Positions 38,705 to 47,995 of a stretch of DNA of 64,000 nucleotides are shown one piece after another. How positions within the stretch are numbered: the first letter of the stretch is position 1; each line of letters opens with the position of its first letter. Source of the stretch: Pseudogymnoascus verrucosus (Eukaryota); the NCBI GenBank assembly GCA_001662655.1, contig KV460220.1; one strand, 5' to 3'. The notes beneath the pieces were generated by a model. That model was not told the origin of the DNA. It was given only the letters and a program-made list of their open reading frames with translations, and ran no database searches. Both the position numbers and the translations under genes were made by a program.

Positions 38705-39163
38705 GACAAGGAAACGGCTACCATGACTCCCTTGGAAATAAACCGGCTTGCAAGGCACGTGGAGTCTAGAGCCCGGCTTTTAAAACTGTATGGTTGGGAA
38801 TGTGAGGCAAGGACCACCGCACTACATTCATTTACCAGATGTCTCGGGTTTATAATCTAAACTTTCAAGTCAAGAGCTTCAGCAAGGAGCTTGGAGGCCA
38901 AAATCCATGCCTCAAATGTCACGAAAACAAAAATTCCTTGCGTTCTGGAAAAGGCCTCCGTGTCACCTTTAATATTATATAAATAGTCAAGAATGGGACT
39001 GTTTTCTATCTCGTCAAACTCATTCCTGCTCCAATTCTCACAACTGGTATGCAATTTCACTGAAATATCTTGTAAGTTGTAGTACACATTCAAAGATTGA
39101 TTCAAGTTCCGTGTACTGAACCTACCACAGCCAATAAAATTCAACTCGGCCCACAAACCCACC

Positions 39164-39505
39164 ATGAAGTTCCAACTCTCCACCCTTGCCATGCTCGGCT
39201 CCTTTGTGGCGTTCACCCATGGGGTATGTCTCAAGGTCAGCGGCAACGCTCATATTATCCCCGAAACCGGAGATATGCAAATATTTGCCGTTCTCTTCAA
39301 CGATGGCGAGCTTGTTTGCAGTATCAATCGTGCCACCTACGATGAGCAAATGTGGTTGGACTGCCACGATGGGCACTATTCGGCGATCCCCGATGACCTT
39401 AGCGTTGTCCTGTATGCACACAACAAGGTGGATTACAAAATTCCACTCAAACCGGAGAGTGCTGGAGCAGATGCCTGGGCCTGGAACGCCCAATTAGGTT
39501 GTTAA
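39164..39505 (+). CDS. Small secreted 4-Cys protein, array copy 1 (113 aa)
   Basis: Signal peptide ...FTHG-VC; NDGELVC-x14-C; DDLSVVLYAH; terminal LGC. TATA at ~38976 and a candidate 5'-UTR intron ending at 39130. Confidence 0.85.
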   Translation: MKFQLSTLAMLGSFVAFTHGVCLKVSGNAHIIPETGDMQIFAVLFNDGELVCSINRATYDEQMWLDCHDGHYSAIPDDLSVVLYAHNKVDYKIPLKPESAGADAWAWNAQLGC

Positions 39506-39943
39506 TTATAGCGCATCCTACTGTGATGACAGCGCAAGCCAAGATTCAGCGCACACCTATACTCTTCTCAGATATCCAGTGGACAGTGCTTGGAGACATG
39601 GGGGGTTGAGGTTCCTGATGCTCTTCGGCTCCGGTCAGATAATCATTCTTTTCAAATTGGGTATGAATAAACGATTGGAAACGTATCTTTTGAGTGCTGG
39701 GAACACACCGCCTCATTCCTCAATTTAGTCGATCATTTCTGGGGAATTTAAATTATGCAGCTTCCACATAATATTTGCTTGTGGCGCCCATGTGACACTC
39801 TATCATTCATTCTTATCTGCGAGTCCCTACTATGTCCCAAGAGGCATGCAAGGGCCGTTCTGATATCATCGGATATTCGTGCAATCCAAGAGTCTGGAAG
39901 AGGTTCCATGTGACCTGAGGATTCATATTAGCAATTTTAGCTA

Positions 39944-40277
39944 ACAGGGTTTATCTTGGTGGTCTCATTTTTGAGTAACTGGCTTTTCGATTGCAGTCCT
40001 GGGTGACTGAAATATTTTACTTGGACTACAGTTACTATGAACGCTGTTGTTCTGCATGGTACCTCTTTAGGCTTTTCGGCGCCTAAGAGTCTGAAGGAGG
40101 CTGCCTTTGACTCGAGGATCTGTACCAGCCATTGCATCAGACAGGGTTTATCTCGTTAGGCTCATTTTTGAGTAATTGACATATTGGTTGCAACTCTAAG
40201 TTATTGAAACCTCATACTTGAACTACAGTTACTGAAGACACTATTGTTATGTGTAGCTTCTCTTGAGACTTTTGGTC
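39944..40277. repeat. Diverged direct repeat, two ~135-bp copies with 197-bp period (39944 and 40141)
   Basis: ACAGGGTTTATCT...CTCATTTTTGAGTAA...TACTTG(G/A)ACTACAGTTACT occurs in both copies. Confidence 0.75.
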
Positions 40278-40825
40278 AGCACGAATATCAGCCTTTTTCT
40301 CCCTTAACAAAGTATCATATTTAGAAACTCGTAAACAAAAATATGTGGTATGAAATCTAATTCATCTCAATTATAGAGTGAGACAATTGTTTTAGTTCTG
40401 TATTCTTATTATTGGCAACTGCACAATGCTCATTGGCGTAATTTTCGGACCCCATCTTCACTCCCTTAGAATGGCTCTTTGCCCCGCCCCTAGAATGCAC
40501 CACAATGAAAGCCACTCTTTTCCTCCTTGCATGACTGCTCCACTCGTAAACCTAGACCTAGAATTATGTGTCAAGAAAGCAGCTGAAGTGGCTTGAATCC
40601 CATGCTGTTCGTGTGATATGGTTTTGCGTGCACATGTCTCATTGATATTACCCCGTCCTCATTTTGATCGACTTAGTTTGAGAGATCTCAAAGCTATATA
40701 TATGACCTGTACCCTCCCTTGAAAGTTGATTTTAGTATCTTATATCATAGAATCAAGAAAAGCATCATACCGCTACATGTATTATCGCAACCAGACCAAA
40801 ACAATCCCAGACCACTTCAGTCACC

Positions 40826-41167
40826 ATGCAGTTCTTCCATCAACTTTTGGCGTTTATCTCGCTCCTCGCCGTTTCTAATGCTTGCCTTATACTCGACGGA
40901 TTTATGACATATGACAAGAAAGGCTTTACGGGAACTCTGAACGACAATGGCACAGAAGTTTGCAAGTGGAGTGTTAATCTTAACAGTGCTTCCAACTTTG
41001 CCAACTGCCTTCCAGGATTTGCGGCATATATTACACACGATGCAACAATCGTTGGATACAGTAACCATGGGAAAGAGTTCGCATTTACAACCAGGATCAG
41101 TACTATTCCAGCATATCCAGGACTTCCTATTAATTTCAGCGTAACAGCTAAAAATTATGGTTGCTAG
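40826..41167 (+). CDS. Small secreted 4-Cys protein, array copy 2 (113 aa)
   Basis: MQFFHQLLAFISLLAVSNA|CLILDG...GTLNDNGTEVC-x14-CLPGFAAYI...YSNHG...YGC. TATATATA at 40695. Confidence 0.9.
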   Translation: MQFFHQLLAFISLLAVSNACLILDGFMTYDKKGFTGTLNDNGTEVCKWSVNLNSASNFANCLPGFAAYITHDATIVGYSNHGKEFAFTTRISTIPAYPGLPINFSVTAKNYGC

Positions 41168-41721
41168 GTATGGAATTTCAAGAACTCGCCCCCTTAAAAT
41201 GATATCAAATAATAATAAATTACAGATTAGCTGCATCATACCGCGAATTTGTTTTCTTACATTCTATTTTCACTTCTTCCTTTTCTCTGGACGTTCCACG
41301 ATCACTCGTTGGGCTTCCATCAAGTTTCTTAACTACAAGTTCGCCGCACACACACTTCACACTCAACTCTTTTCATATTCATCAAACACCACTACATTCA
41401 GCACTCCTTGCGCCTTCTTACTCCTAACGCCTTCTACTTGTTACAATTCATCACTCCTTACGCCAGCTACTTCTTGACTTCGTTACCCCTTACGCCTTCT
41501 ACCCCTTGCTCCCGACCCCTTATTACTCCGCACCTGTCACCGATCACACCTTCTACTCCTCACCGCTTACCCCATCTACCATTTACTCCTTCTACCCCTC
41601 GCTTCTAGATCGATAATACTCCTACATTTGTCAACATTCAAACCTCCTTCCGTGCGCATACTGCACGTTTCCACATTCTTCAAACACGTCAGTCATCACA
41701 CACCACCATTTCAGAGCTACA

Positions 41722-42066
41722 ATGAACTTCCTTCAGCCAATCTTCGCTCTTCTTTTCAGCATTACCTTTTCTCACGCATGCCTGACCCTTGACGGCGTGT
41801 ATACTGTTTCTGGTGCTCATTCTAATACAATCTCTGCAACCCTCAACGATAACGGGAAAGTTACCTGCAAATTCAGTGGCACCATTGACCAAGACCATTA
41901 CTTCGCGAACTGCATTCCAACATTTGCATCATACATCCACAGAGATTTGACCAAGCTTGCTTACAGCAATGACGGTCGGGAATATGTGATCGACGTTAAA
42001 GCGACGAGAGACTTCAACAACTTTGAGATCTACGATAGGCTCTCTGCTCGAGCGTTCTGTGAATAG
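41722..42066 (+). CDS. Small secreted 4-Cys protein, array copy 3 (114 aa)
   Basis: ...FSHA|CLTLDG...ATLNDNGKVTC-x14-CIPTFASYIHRDL...AYSNDG...LSARAFCE. Confidence 0.9.
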   Translation: MNFLQPIFALLFSITFSHACLTLDGVYTVSGAHSNTISATLNDNGKVTCKFSGTIDQDHYFANCIPTFASYIHRDLTKLAYSNDGREYVIDVKATRDFNNFEIYDRLSARAFCE

Positions 42067-42251
42067 GTATAAATACGTCCACAGTTTTACGACTTATTTG
42101 TGGCAACTAATATTGACAGTTTCGCGCTCTCCGCCTAGTTTTTCTCAAATCTATCATCTTGATTGCTGCACAGCAACGTTGATCTTCCCCACCTTTTCAT
42201 TGCCTTGCTTAGTTTCAGACACAAAACAAAAAAACACATTTCGATATCACA

Positions 42252-42584
42252 ATGAAGTTCGCTTTGTTGCTTTTGGTTCTCCTCGCATCCTTGGCCAATG
42301 CCTGCCTCGTCTTTCACGCAATCTACGATCGGGACAATCATATGATCAAAGGAACTATTGTTGATAACGGCAAACAGACCTGCACTTTTAGTGGAAGGGT
42401 TGACGAAGAACATCACTTTGCGAACTGCATCCCAACTTTTGCGTCATATATTCAAAAGGATTTAAATATCGTTGCATATAGCAACGGCGGCCACGAATAT
42501 ACCTTTCGGGTCGATAGAGAGATTTATAATCCACGTCCTACGTATTATCACTACGTTCTTTCAGCACGGGTTTTCGGGTGTTAG
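42252..42584 (+). CDS. Small secreted 4-Cys protein, array copy 4 (110 aa)
   Basis: MKFALLLLVLLASLANA|CLVF...GTIVDNGKQTC-x14-CIPTFASYIQKDL...AYSNGG...LSARVFGC. Confidence 0.9.
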   Translation: MKFALLLLVLLASLANACLVFHAIYDRDNHMIKGTIVDNGKQTCTFSGRVDEEHHFANCIPTFASYIQKDLNIVAYSNGGHEYTFRVDREIYNPRPTYYHYVLSARVFGC

Positions 42585-42792
42585 CAGCAATAATATACCA
42601 ACTAGTTTCTCAAACTAATCCCGCATACTTTCACCTCAGAGGCAACTCGATCTCGTTTGGAACCTTGACACCTTTGTTCCCAGTTTTTTGACAGCCGCCA
42701 ACAATCTTCTAGCGATATCAGATCCTTTCACAAATTCGGCTCTTTCATCATTCGACCCTTTTCAACTTTTTACTGTTCCTGCGACTTCCACA

Positions 42793-43140
42793 ATGCAGTT
42801 CCTCCAAGCAATTCTCGCTTTCGTCGTTGTCTTCAGTGTCACCTTTTCAAGTGGTTGCCTCGTCTTCGATGCCACATGCAACATCGGCACTTCAAAAATC
42901 GTCGGAACTATGACAGACAATGGCCAAAAAACTTGCACGTTTAGCGGCATAGTTGCCAAAGACAAGAAATCTCTGTTTGCATCTTGCATCGAAGGCTTTG
43001 CATCCTACAGTCGCTCCGATCTAGAAATCGCCGCTTACAGCAATCGCGGAAACGAGCACTTATTCCCTGTCGCAAAGGAGGTCCACTCGACAAATCCCAG
43101 GAATCAATACTATACTCTCTCGGCCCGAATGTATTGTTAG
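42793..43140 (+). CDS. Small secreted Cys protein, array copy 5 (115 aa; true start at ATG 42793; one extra Cys)
   Basis: MQFLQAILAFVVVFSVTFSSG|CLVFDATC...GTMTDNGQKTC-x16-CIEGFASY...DL...AYSNRG...LSARMYC. Confidence 0.9.
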   Translation: MQFLQAILAFVVVFSVTFSSGCLVFDATCNIGTSKIVGTMTDNGQKTCTFSGIVAKDKKSLFASCIEGFASYSRSDLEIAAYSNRGNEHLFPVAKEVHSTNPRNQYYTLSARMYC

Positions 43141-43329
43141 GTAAGACCTTTAAAATTCACTCCCCCTAGATTTGTGTTGCGTTTGGGTGTTTCTCTCGTT
43201 TTGCATACTTCGTCATATATGTTTTCATGTTTGTAATCTCACGGATTTACTATATAACCACATATGCACTCAACATCTCTTTGCCCTCATCCCTTTTATT
43301 TAAATCTGCTAATTAAATTGAAATTCAGG

Positions 43330-43680
43330 ATGAAGCTTTTCCAAACACTTGCAGTTATCTCCCTCTTCACCGTCGGCTACGCATGCGTCAAGCTGGATGG
43401 CAAATACAACTGGGGTACTCACGACATTAGCGCAACAATTACAGACAACGGCAAAAATACTTGCACTTACAGTGGCAAACTTCGCGACGCACATCAATTT
43501 CTCTCTTGTATCCCTAGATTTTCTGCCTTCATTGATGGATCCTTAACCTGGGCTTCTTATAGCAACAATGGCAACAAGGGGACCATTCGAATCATAAAAG
43601 AGACAACTGGGAAAGGGGCAGATGGGAATGGACTGGGCAAAGATGAATTTTTTCTTGCCGGACAAGCGTTTGGGTGTTAG
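43330..43680 (+). CDS. Small secreted 4-Cys protein, array copy 6 (116 aa; true start at ATG 43330)
   Basis: MKLFQTLAVISLFTVGYA|CVKLDG...ATITDNGKNTC-x14-CIPRFSAFI...SYSNNG...AFGC. Confidence 0.9.
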   Translation: MKLFQTLAVISLFTVGYACVKLDGKYNWGTHDISATITDNGKNTCTYSGKLRDAHQFLSCIPRFSAFIDGSLTWASYSNNGNKGTIRIIKETTGKGADGNGLGKDEFFLAGQAFGC

Positions 43681-43872
43681 GTGCGACTTTTTTACTTGTC
43701 CCCCCTATTGGCAATTGCGGCTAATTTTGCGTCACGTCAGCTTCTCCTACTTTGTCAAACGCGAACGCAGTTACCTCGCTGACCTCTTACTTCCTTCATT
43801 TGTTTTCTCTCCTTTATTGCAATCAAAAACGTCAAAACTCCTCGCCAAGATCTCCCCAAATATCAAATCACA

Positions 43873-44211
43873 ATGAAGGTCATTCAGTCGCTTTCCGTTA
43901 TCATATCCGTCGTCGTCGCCTGCACCAATGCTTGCATTGTTCTGGACGGAATTTACTCATCTGATACTGGGGCAGTCAAAGGAACTCTTGTTGAGAATGA
44001 CGTACAGACCTGCACTTTGGCCGGAACCCTGGATAGAGACGCTTACCTCTTCACCTGCATCAATGGCTACTCTGCATCTTTTATTCGGAAGGACTTGACT
44101 GCCGTCACCTACAGAGACAACAATGGACGCACATACCAATTCCAAGTTCAAAAGTACCAGCCCGACAAATCTGACCCTCAATATCGACTTTCTGCCAGAA
44201 TGTTTTGCTAA
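43873..44211 (+). CDS. Small secreted 4-Cys protein, array copy 7 (112 aa)
   Basis: ...CTNA|CIVLDG...GTLVENDVQTC-x14-CINGYSASFIRKDL...TYRDNNG...LSARMFC. Confidence 0.9.
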   Translation: MKVIQSLSVIISVVVACTNACIVLDGIYSSDTGAVKGTLVENDVQTCTLAGTLDRDAYLFTCINGYSASFIRKDLTAVTYRDNNGRTYQFQVQKYQPDKSDPQYRLSARMFC

Positions 44212-45280
44212 GTGAGCCATTCATCAGCTAATTTCTAACACCAGTGACTGATCCTCAATATAGTTTCAAGCCACCTTGGCCCCTACCATCTGGCAACTTC
44301 AAAATGGTCGAATTGGTCTTGCGTTGGACTTTCTGCTTCTCTGTAATGGCATAGCGATATGGGTCAAATGGATTTCACAATGGGGCGAGAGTTTTCACTT
44401 CTGCCGAGAGGGTTTTGCTGGTGCCATGAGGGCTTCCGAGATTTTCCATTTCCTTTTCCTTTTCCTTTTATTTCTGATTTGAGATTCTTCACAGCCACTA
44501 CCAGATGATTTTATTCTATTAATACCCTTAGTTTAGTGGGCAAATGTGATTGATTTATCACAATATCTTCGGTCTTCTCTTCTATTCTGACACCATACTT
44601 CATGTGAAAATCATTTTCCGGCAGCGCACCACAATGCAATCCCCGGCCCCTATAAAATGAAGTAGACTTCTCACTCGCGCCAACTATCAGACTAATGTGT
44701 GCTGTAGTCCTCATGGAATCGTCACTCAGAAGCAAGTGCGCAAAGGATCTTCATAGCTTATGCGTTTCAAAACTCGAATAAGTTGAACGACCCAAAAGCC
44801 ACAGGATTCTGGCGCGTGCGGCGGCATATCAGGCACCACTAAATATTATTTATTACGGTTAGCTCCCTGTCTTTTTGTTTAGCTATCTATGTCGTTGGTT
44901 GGTTTTGATAAAGGCTCATAACCTGATAATAGCAGTTTACAGCGATTATGAGGTCTCGCCCAAGGCCACAGTTGCTATGGACAGCAGCAGCCCTGCACAG
45001 ATACTGTGCTCGCAGCGTAGGGCGTCATGGTTTGTTGCACGACTCAAACGGGACAGGCCTTTTTAAACTCTCGGGCCGCACGAGTACCACTACTCGCATA
45101 TTTGCGGGTCAGATCTCCAAATCGATAGAGTGAGGTTTAATTAAAGTGACACTATGGTACTCGTACAGTTTCCTCCTTTTTCTACAACTAGAAGGCACTT
45201 AATATTCCTCCAATATCATACTGTGTATAAAATTCGAATTTCGGTTTTCAGCAAGTCTGCACTACATTTTTTAAGATGAG

Positions 45281-45600
45281 ATGGAAATTATAATTTTACT
45301 TGCATTTCTCAACAGCATTGCGGGTTAGCAAAAAATGGGCGCAATTTGGACGGTGATTGAAAAGTACATATTGCTACGGATGCACCTATTCTCACTTCCG
45401 AGACAGGATGACCAAAGATGGGAAGATGTTGATGCACGTAGCCGAAATTAGGTAGGGCTCCGTTCAATATTACCCCAATCCAAAGGACTCATGGAGGTTA
45501 TAGGCAAGTGAATGTACAGTTGGGCACTGAAAGCTGCCCTGGATTACAACAGGATGTCATACAACAGACAACGGCGCTATCCGGCCTTGTTATTCGTCTC
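45281..45600 (+). pseudogene. Probable heavily decayed array copy
   Basis: TATAAAA at 45226. MEIIILLAFLNSIAG* (cf. copy 8 ...FLNSSIGC), then in shifting frames LDG, DGKML, CT*-KLG..QYY (cf. copy 9 DGVRVCTWTGKLGKTEQYW) and DYNRMSY (cf. copy 8 DFTRFAY), in the expected order. Confidence 0.45.
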
Positions 45601-46220
45601 GGTACACTCATTAGATGAGGAAACGAACACTTTTCAAATGGGAGAGGACAACCCCCTTACTTCAAGCACCCACCTTACATTCAAACCCAGGTTTTTTTCA
45701 GAAGGAGTAACTGGTAAATTTATTTTGCATATCAAGAAGGCTGTTTTATTGAATTTTGTACACTGGTAAAAACCAACAGTACCATGGTTACATCTGTCTT
45801 CTTGCATGTATATAGAGCTGCTTACGAGAAAAAAACTGCATGATTGCCGCGGTTGTTTCTTCGAGCAGCAGATAGACAGTCCCTTACTGCATACTTCTGG
45901 GCGCATTCTACAGAACAGAAGCCATATGAACACATTAGTCTTATCTATGACTTCTATGACAAATTTATGTGCAGTTGGCTCTCGTTAATTAGGGGTGTTC
46001 TGAAGGATGTTTATCCATTTTCCTTCTTATAAATACCCATCCGAAAGCAGAGAATGTCTTACTTTGCCATATTACTCAATTCATCTCGAGGGGTTACTTC
46101 CAGTTGTCTAGCACATCTGCGACACATTTTGTAAGTCCTCGGACAATTTTTCGTGAACTAAACAAACTGCCATTACTAAAACTTTCTTTAGCCATTTCAC
46201 TTGATCGTTATTAGATAAAA

Positions 46221-46574
46221 ATGAATTTCCGACTTATTGCTCTCGTTGTTTTAGGATTGTTCCTGAATAGCTCCATTGGATGCCTTGTATTTCTAGGCGA
46301 TCTCAGTCCCAATACAGGTATCATCCACCTAGTAGGGGAGGTTCTTGAAAACCGCGTGCGAGTCTGCGCGATCAATAGCGAACTCAAAACCAGCCCGATT
46401 TGGCTCCAGTGCATAACCAACCAATACTCGGCTGCTGTCTCGAACGACTTTACGAGATTTGCGTATTCGCACGGCTCTGCTGAATACAGGCTCGACGTCA
46501 CCAAGACGGCCAGAGAAAGGCTTTTGGGCGATGCGATTCGATGGACTCTCAAGGGGCAGGGTTATGGGTGTTAA
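46221..46574 (+). CDS. Small secreted 4-Cys protein, array copy 8 (117 aa)
   Basis: MNFRLIALVVLGLFLNSSIG|CLVFLG...ENRVRVC-x14-C...NDFTRFAYSHG...GYGC. TATAAATA at 46028; candidate 5'-UTR intron 46131-46191. Confidence 0.88.
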   Translation: MNFRLIALVVLGLFLNSSIGCLVFLGDLSPNTGIIHLVGEVLENRVRVCAINSELKTSPIWLQCITNQYSAAVSNDFTRFAYSHGSAEYRLDVTKTARERLLGDAIRWTLKGQGYGC

Positions 46575-47368
46575 GTGAGAATATTTATGTGCTATCCAGT
46601 TAGACCTGAGTACGAAAAGGGCGCTGGATATACGAGAAACAACACTAATACATCATAGGAGAAAATTGGGGTGGATGGATGGAAATGTTTGGATGAAATA
46701 TCATTATATGAAAGTAACGTGGATGCTGTTATTCTTTTAGTTTTGAATACGGCGCTCCTTGAATGGCGTTTTCCATCTTATAGCTTTCCGTCTGCATCAG
46801 TAGTGAAGTCACTCATTTGTTCAGATAGCGAAACAAACATATACTCATATCTAAGCTTCATAGCATCGCTTCCCACTTTTCTCCTATCTTTACAGCACTA
46901 TCAACCAAATTACCAAGCATGTTTGGTGGGAGTCATGTCTTCCCGTGAAATCGCTTTTAGAAATGAAGTGAAATATTAGAAGCTTTGTCATAATTTCGTT
47001 GATTTGTAAAGGATTTTATAGCCAGCATTACTATAATCCAAGACCTCCTAGAGGTTATACCCTTGTAGGTTGGTTGTCTCGGTCTCGGAGGATATTCAAC
47101 ATTCCTGATCAAGAATTTGCTTACTATAGCCAGAGATCTGCAAAAAAGGAACCACAGCTTCCATGTGACTTGGAAAACTACGATTCCTCTAGTATAGCCA
47201 TTTGAGAAAGTTTTAATTGCCGCGAGGCATTAGAATGGCTATATAAGTCGCAGATTTCCGTGAGAATTAATGCAAAATAAAATTATCTGGACTTGAACTC
47301 CTAACTGCGCCATCTCCCATAAATTTATTTCATAGCACCGCACACGCTCACTCAACATCGCTGCCAAT

Positions 47369-47995
47369 ATGAAGTTGTAAGGCGGTCCTCACGTGATGGC
47401 ACGTGAGGTGCCACGCCGAAGGCAGCCCTACGGTGGAGCTGTCATTCGGGTATAGCCCGGTTATTAGGGTTCACAGGATAGGAAGATATATTAGGGGCTG
47501 GAGCCTCAGTGGAGGACTCCAGTCAATAGTCGCTGTATCTACGTAGACCTATTGTGCTTACTGAATACGATACCCTTCCTGCCTCCTGACCTGGTTCCCT
47601 GGACTCCCGTGAGACCCTAGGCTTACGCTTTACAGAAGTCCATAGCTGCTACGTTATTCCTCCTTGCATTTTATATTCGCCTCTCCGGTGCTTGCATCTA
47701 CTTCTACTCCAATGTAAGCAACGCAAGAGACTTTACAGGATCCGGATCCCTCATGGATGATGGAGTTCGGGTTTGCACTTGGACCGGCAAGCTTGGTAAA
47801 ACGGAGCAATACTGGCTTGATTCCACTGAAGGACACGCCGCCTTTGTTACCAAAGAATTCCATACCCTAGCATATTCTAAAGGTGGTCAAAATTTCCGCA
47901 TTCCATTGACATTTGAGCGTGTCAATGTAGAAGTGGAGCTTATCTACGGCAATGGGGAATCTTGTCAATGCGATGCCAAACATTACTGCAAGTGA
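47369..47995 (+). pseudogene. Array copy 9, interrupted just after its ATG by a solo LTR
   Basis: Removing 47376-47639 restores ATG AAG TCC ATA GCT...: MKSIAATLFLLAFYIRLSGA|CIYF...MDDGVRVCTWTGKLGKTEQYWLDS...AYSKGG...HYCK*. The third conserved Cys is Ser (TCC). TATATAAG at 47240. Confidence 0.85.
47376..47634. mobile_element. Solo LTR of an LTR retrotransposon (259 bp) with 5-bp target-site duplication GAAGT
   Basis: Starts TGTAAGGCG and ends CGCTTTACA (TG...CA termini, 8/9 inverted match). GAAGT at 47371-47375 and at 47635-47639. More GC-rich than its flanks; internal TATA-like GATATATTAG. Confidence 0.88.

Noticed and set aside
42688..43329. Longer N-termini of the ORF-track calls 42688 and 43264
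   Set aside because: Signal peptides matching the family begin at ATG 42793 and 43330; the upstream extensions are not family-like.
47377..47635. Solo LTR acting as an intron (GTAAGG...TTACAG) that rescues copy 9
   Set aside because: Splicing leaves the 5-nt TSD surplus and gives ATG AAG TTA AGT CCA TAG, a frameshift and stop. It cannot restore the protein.
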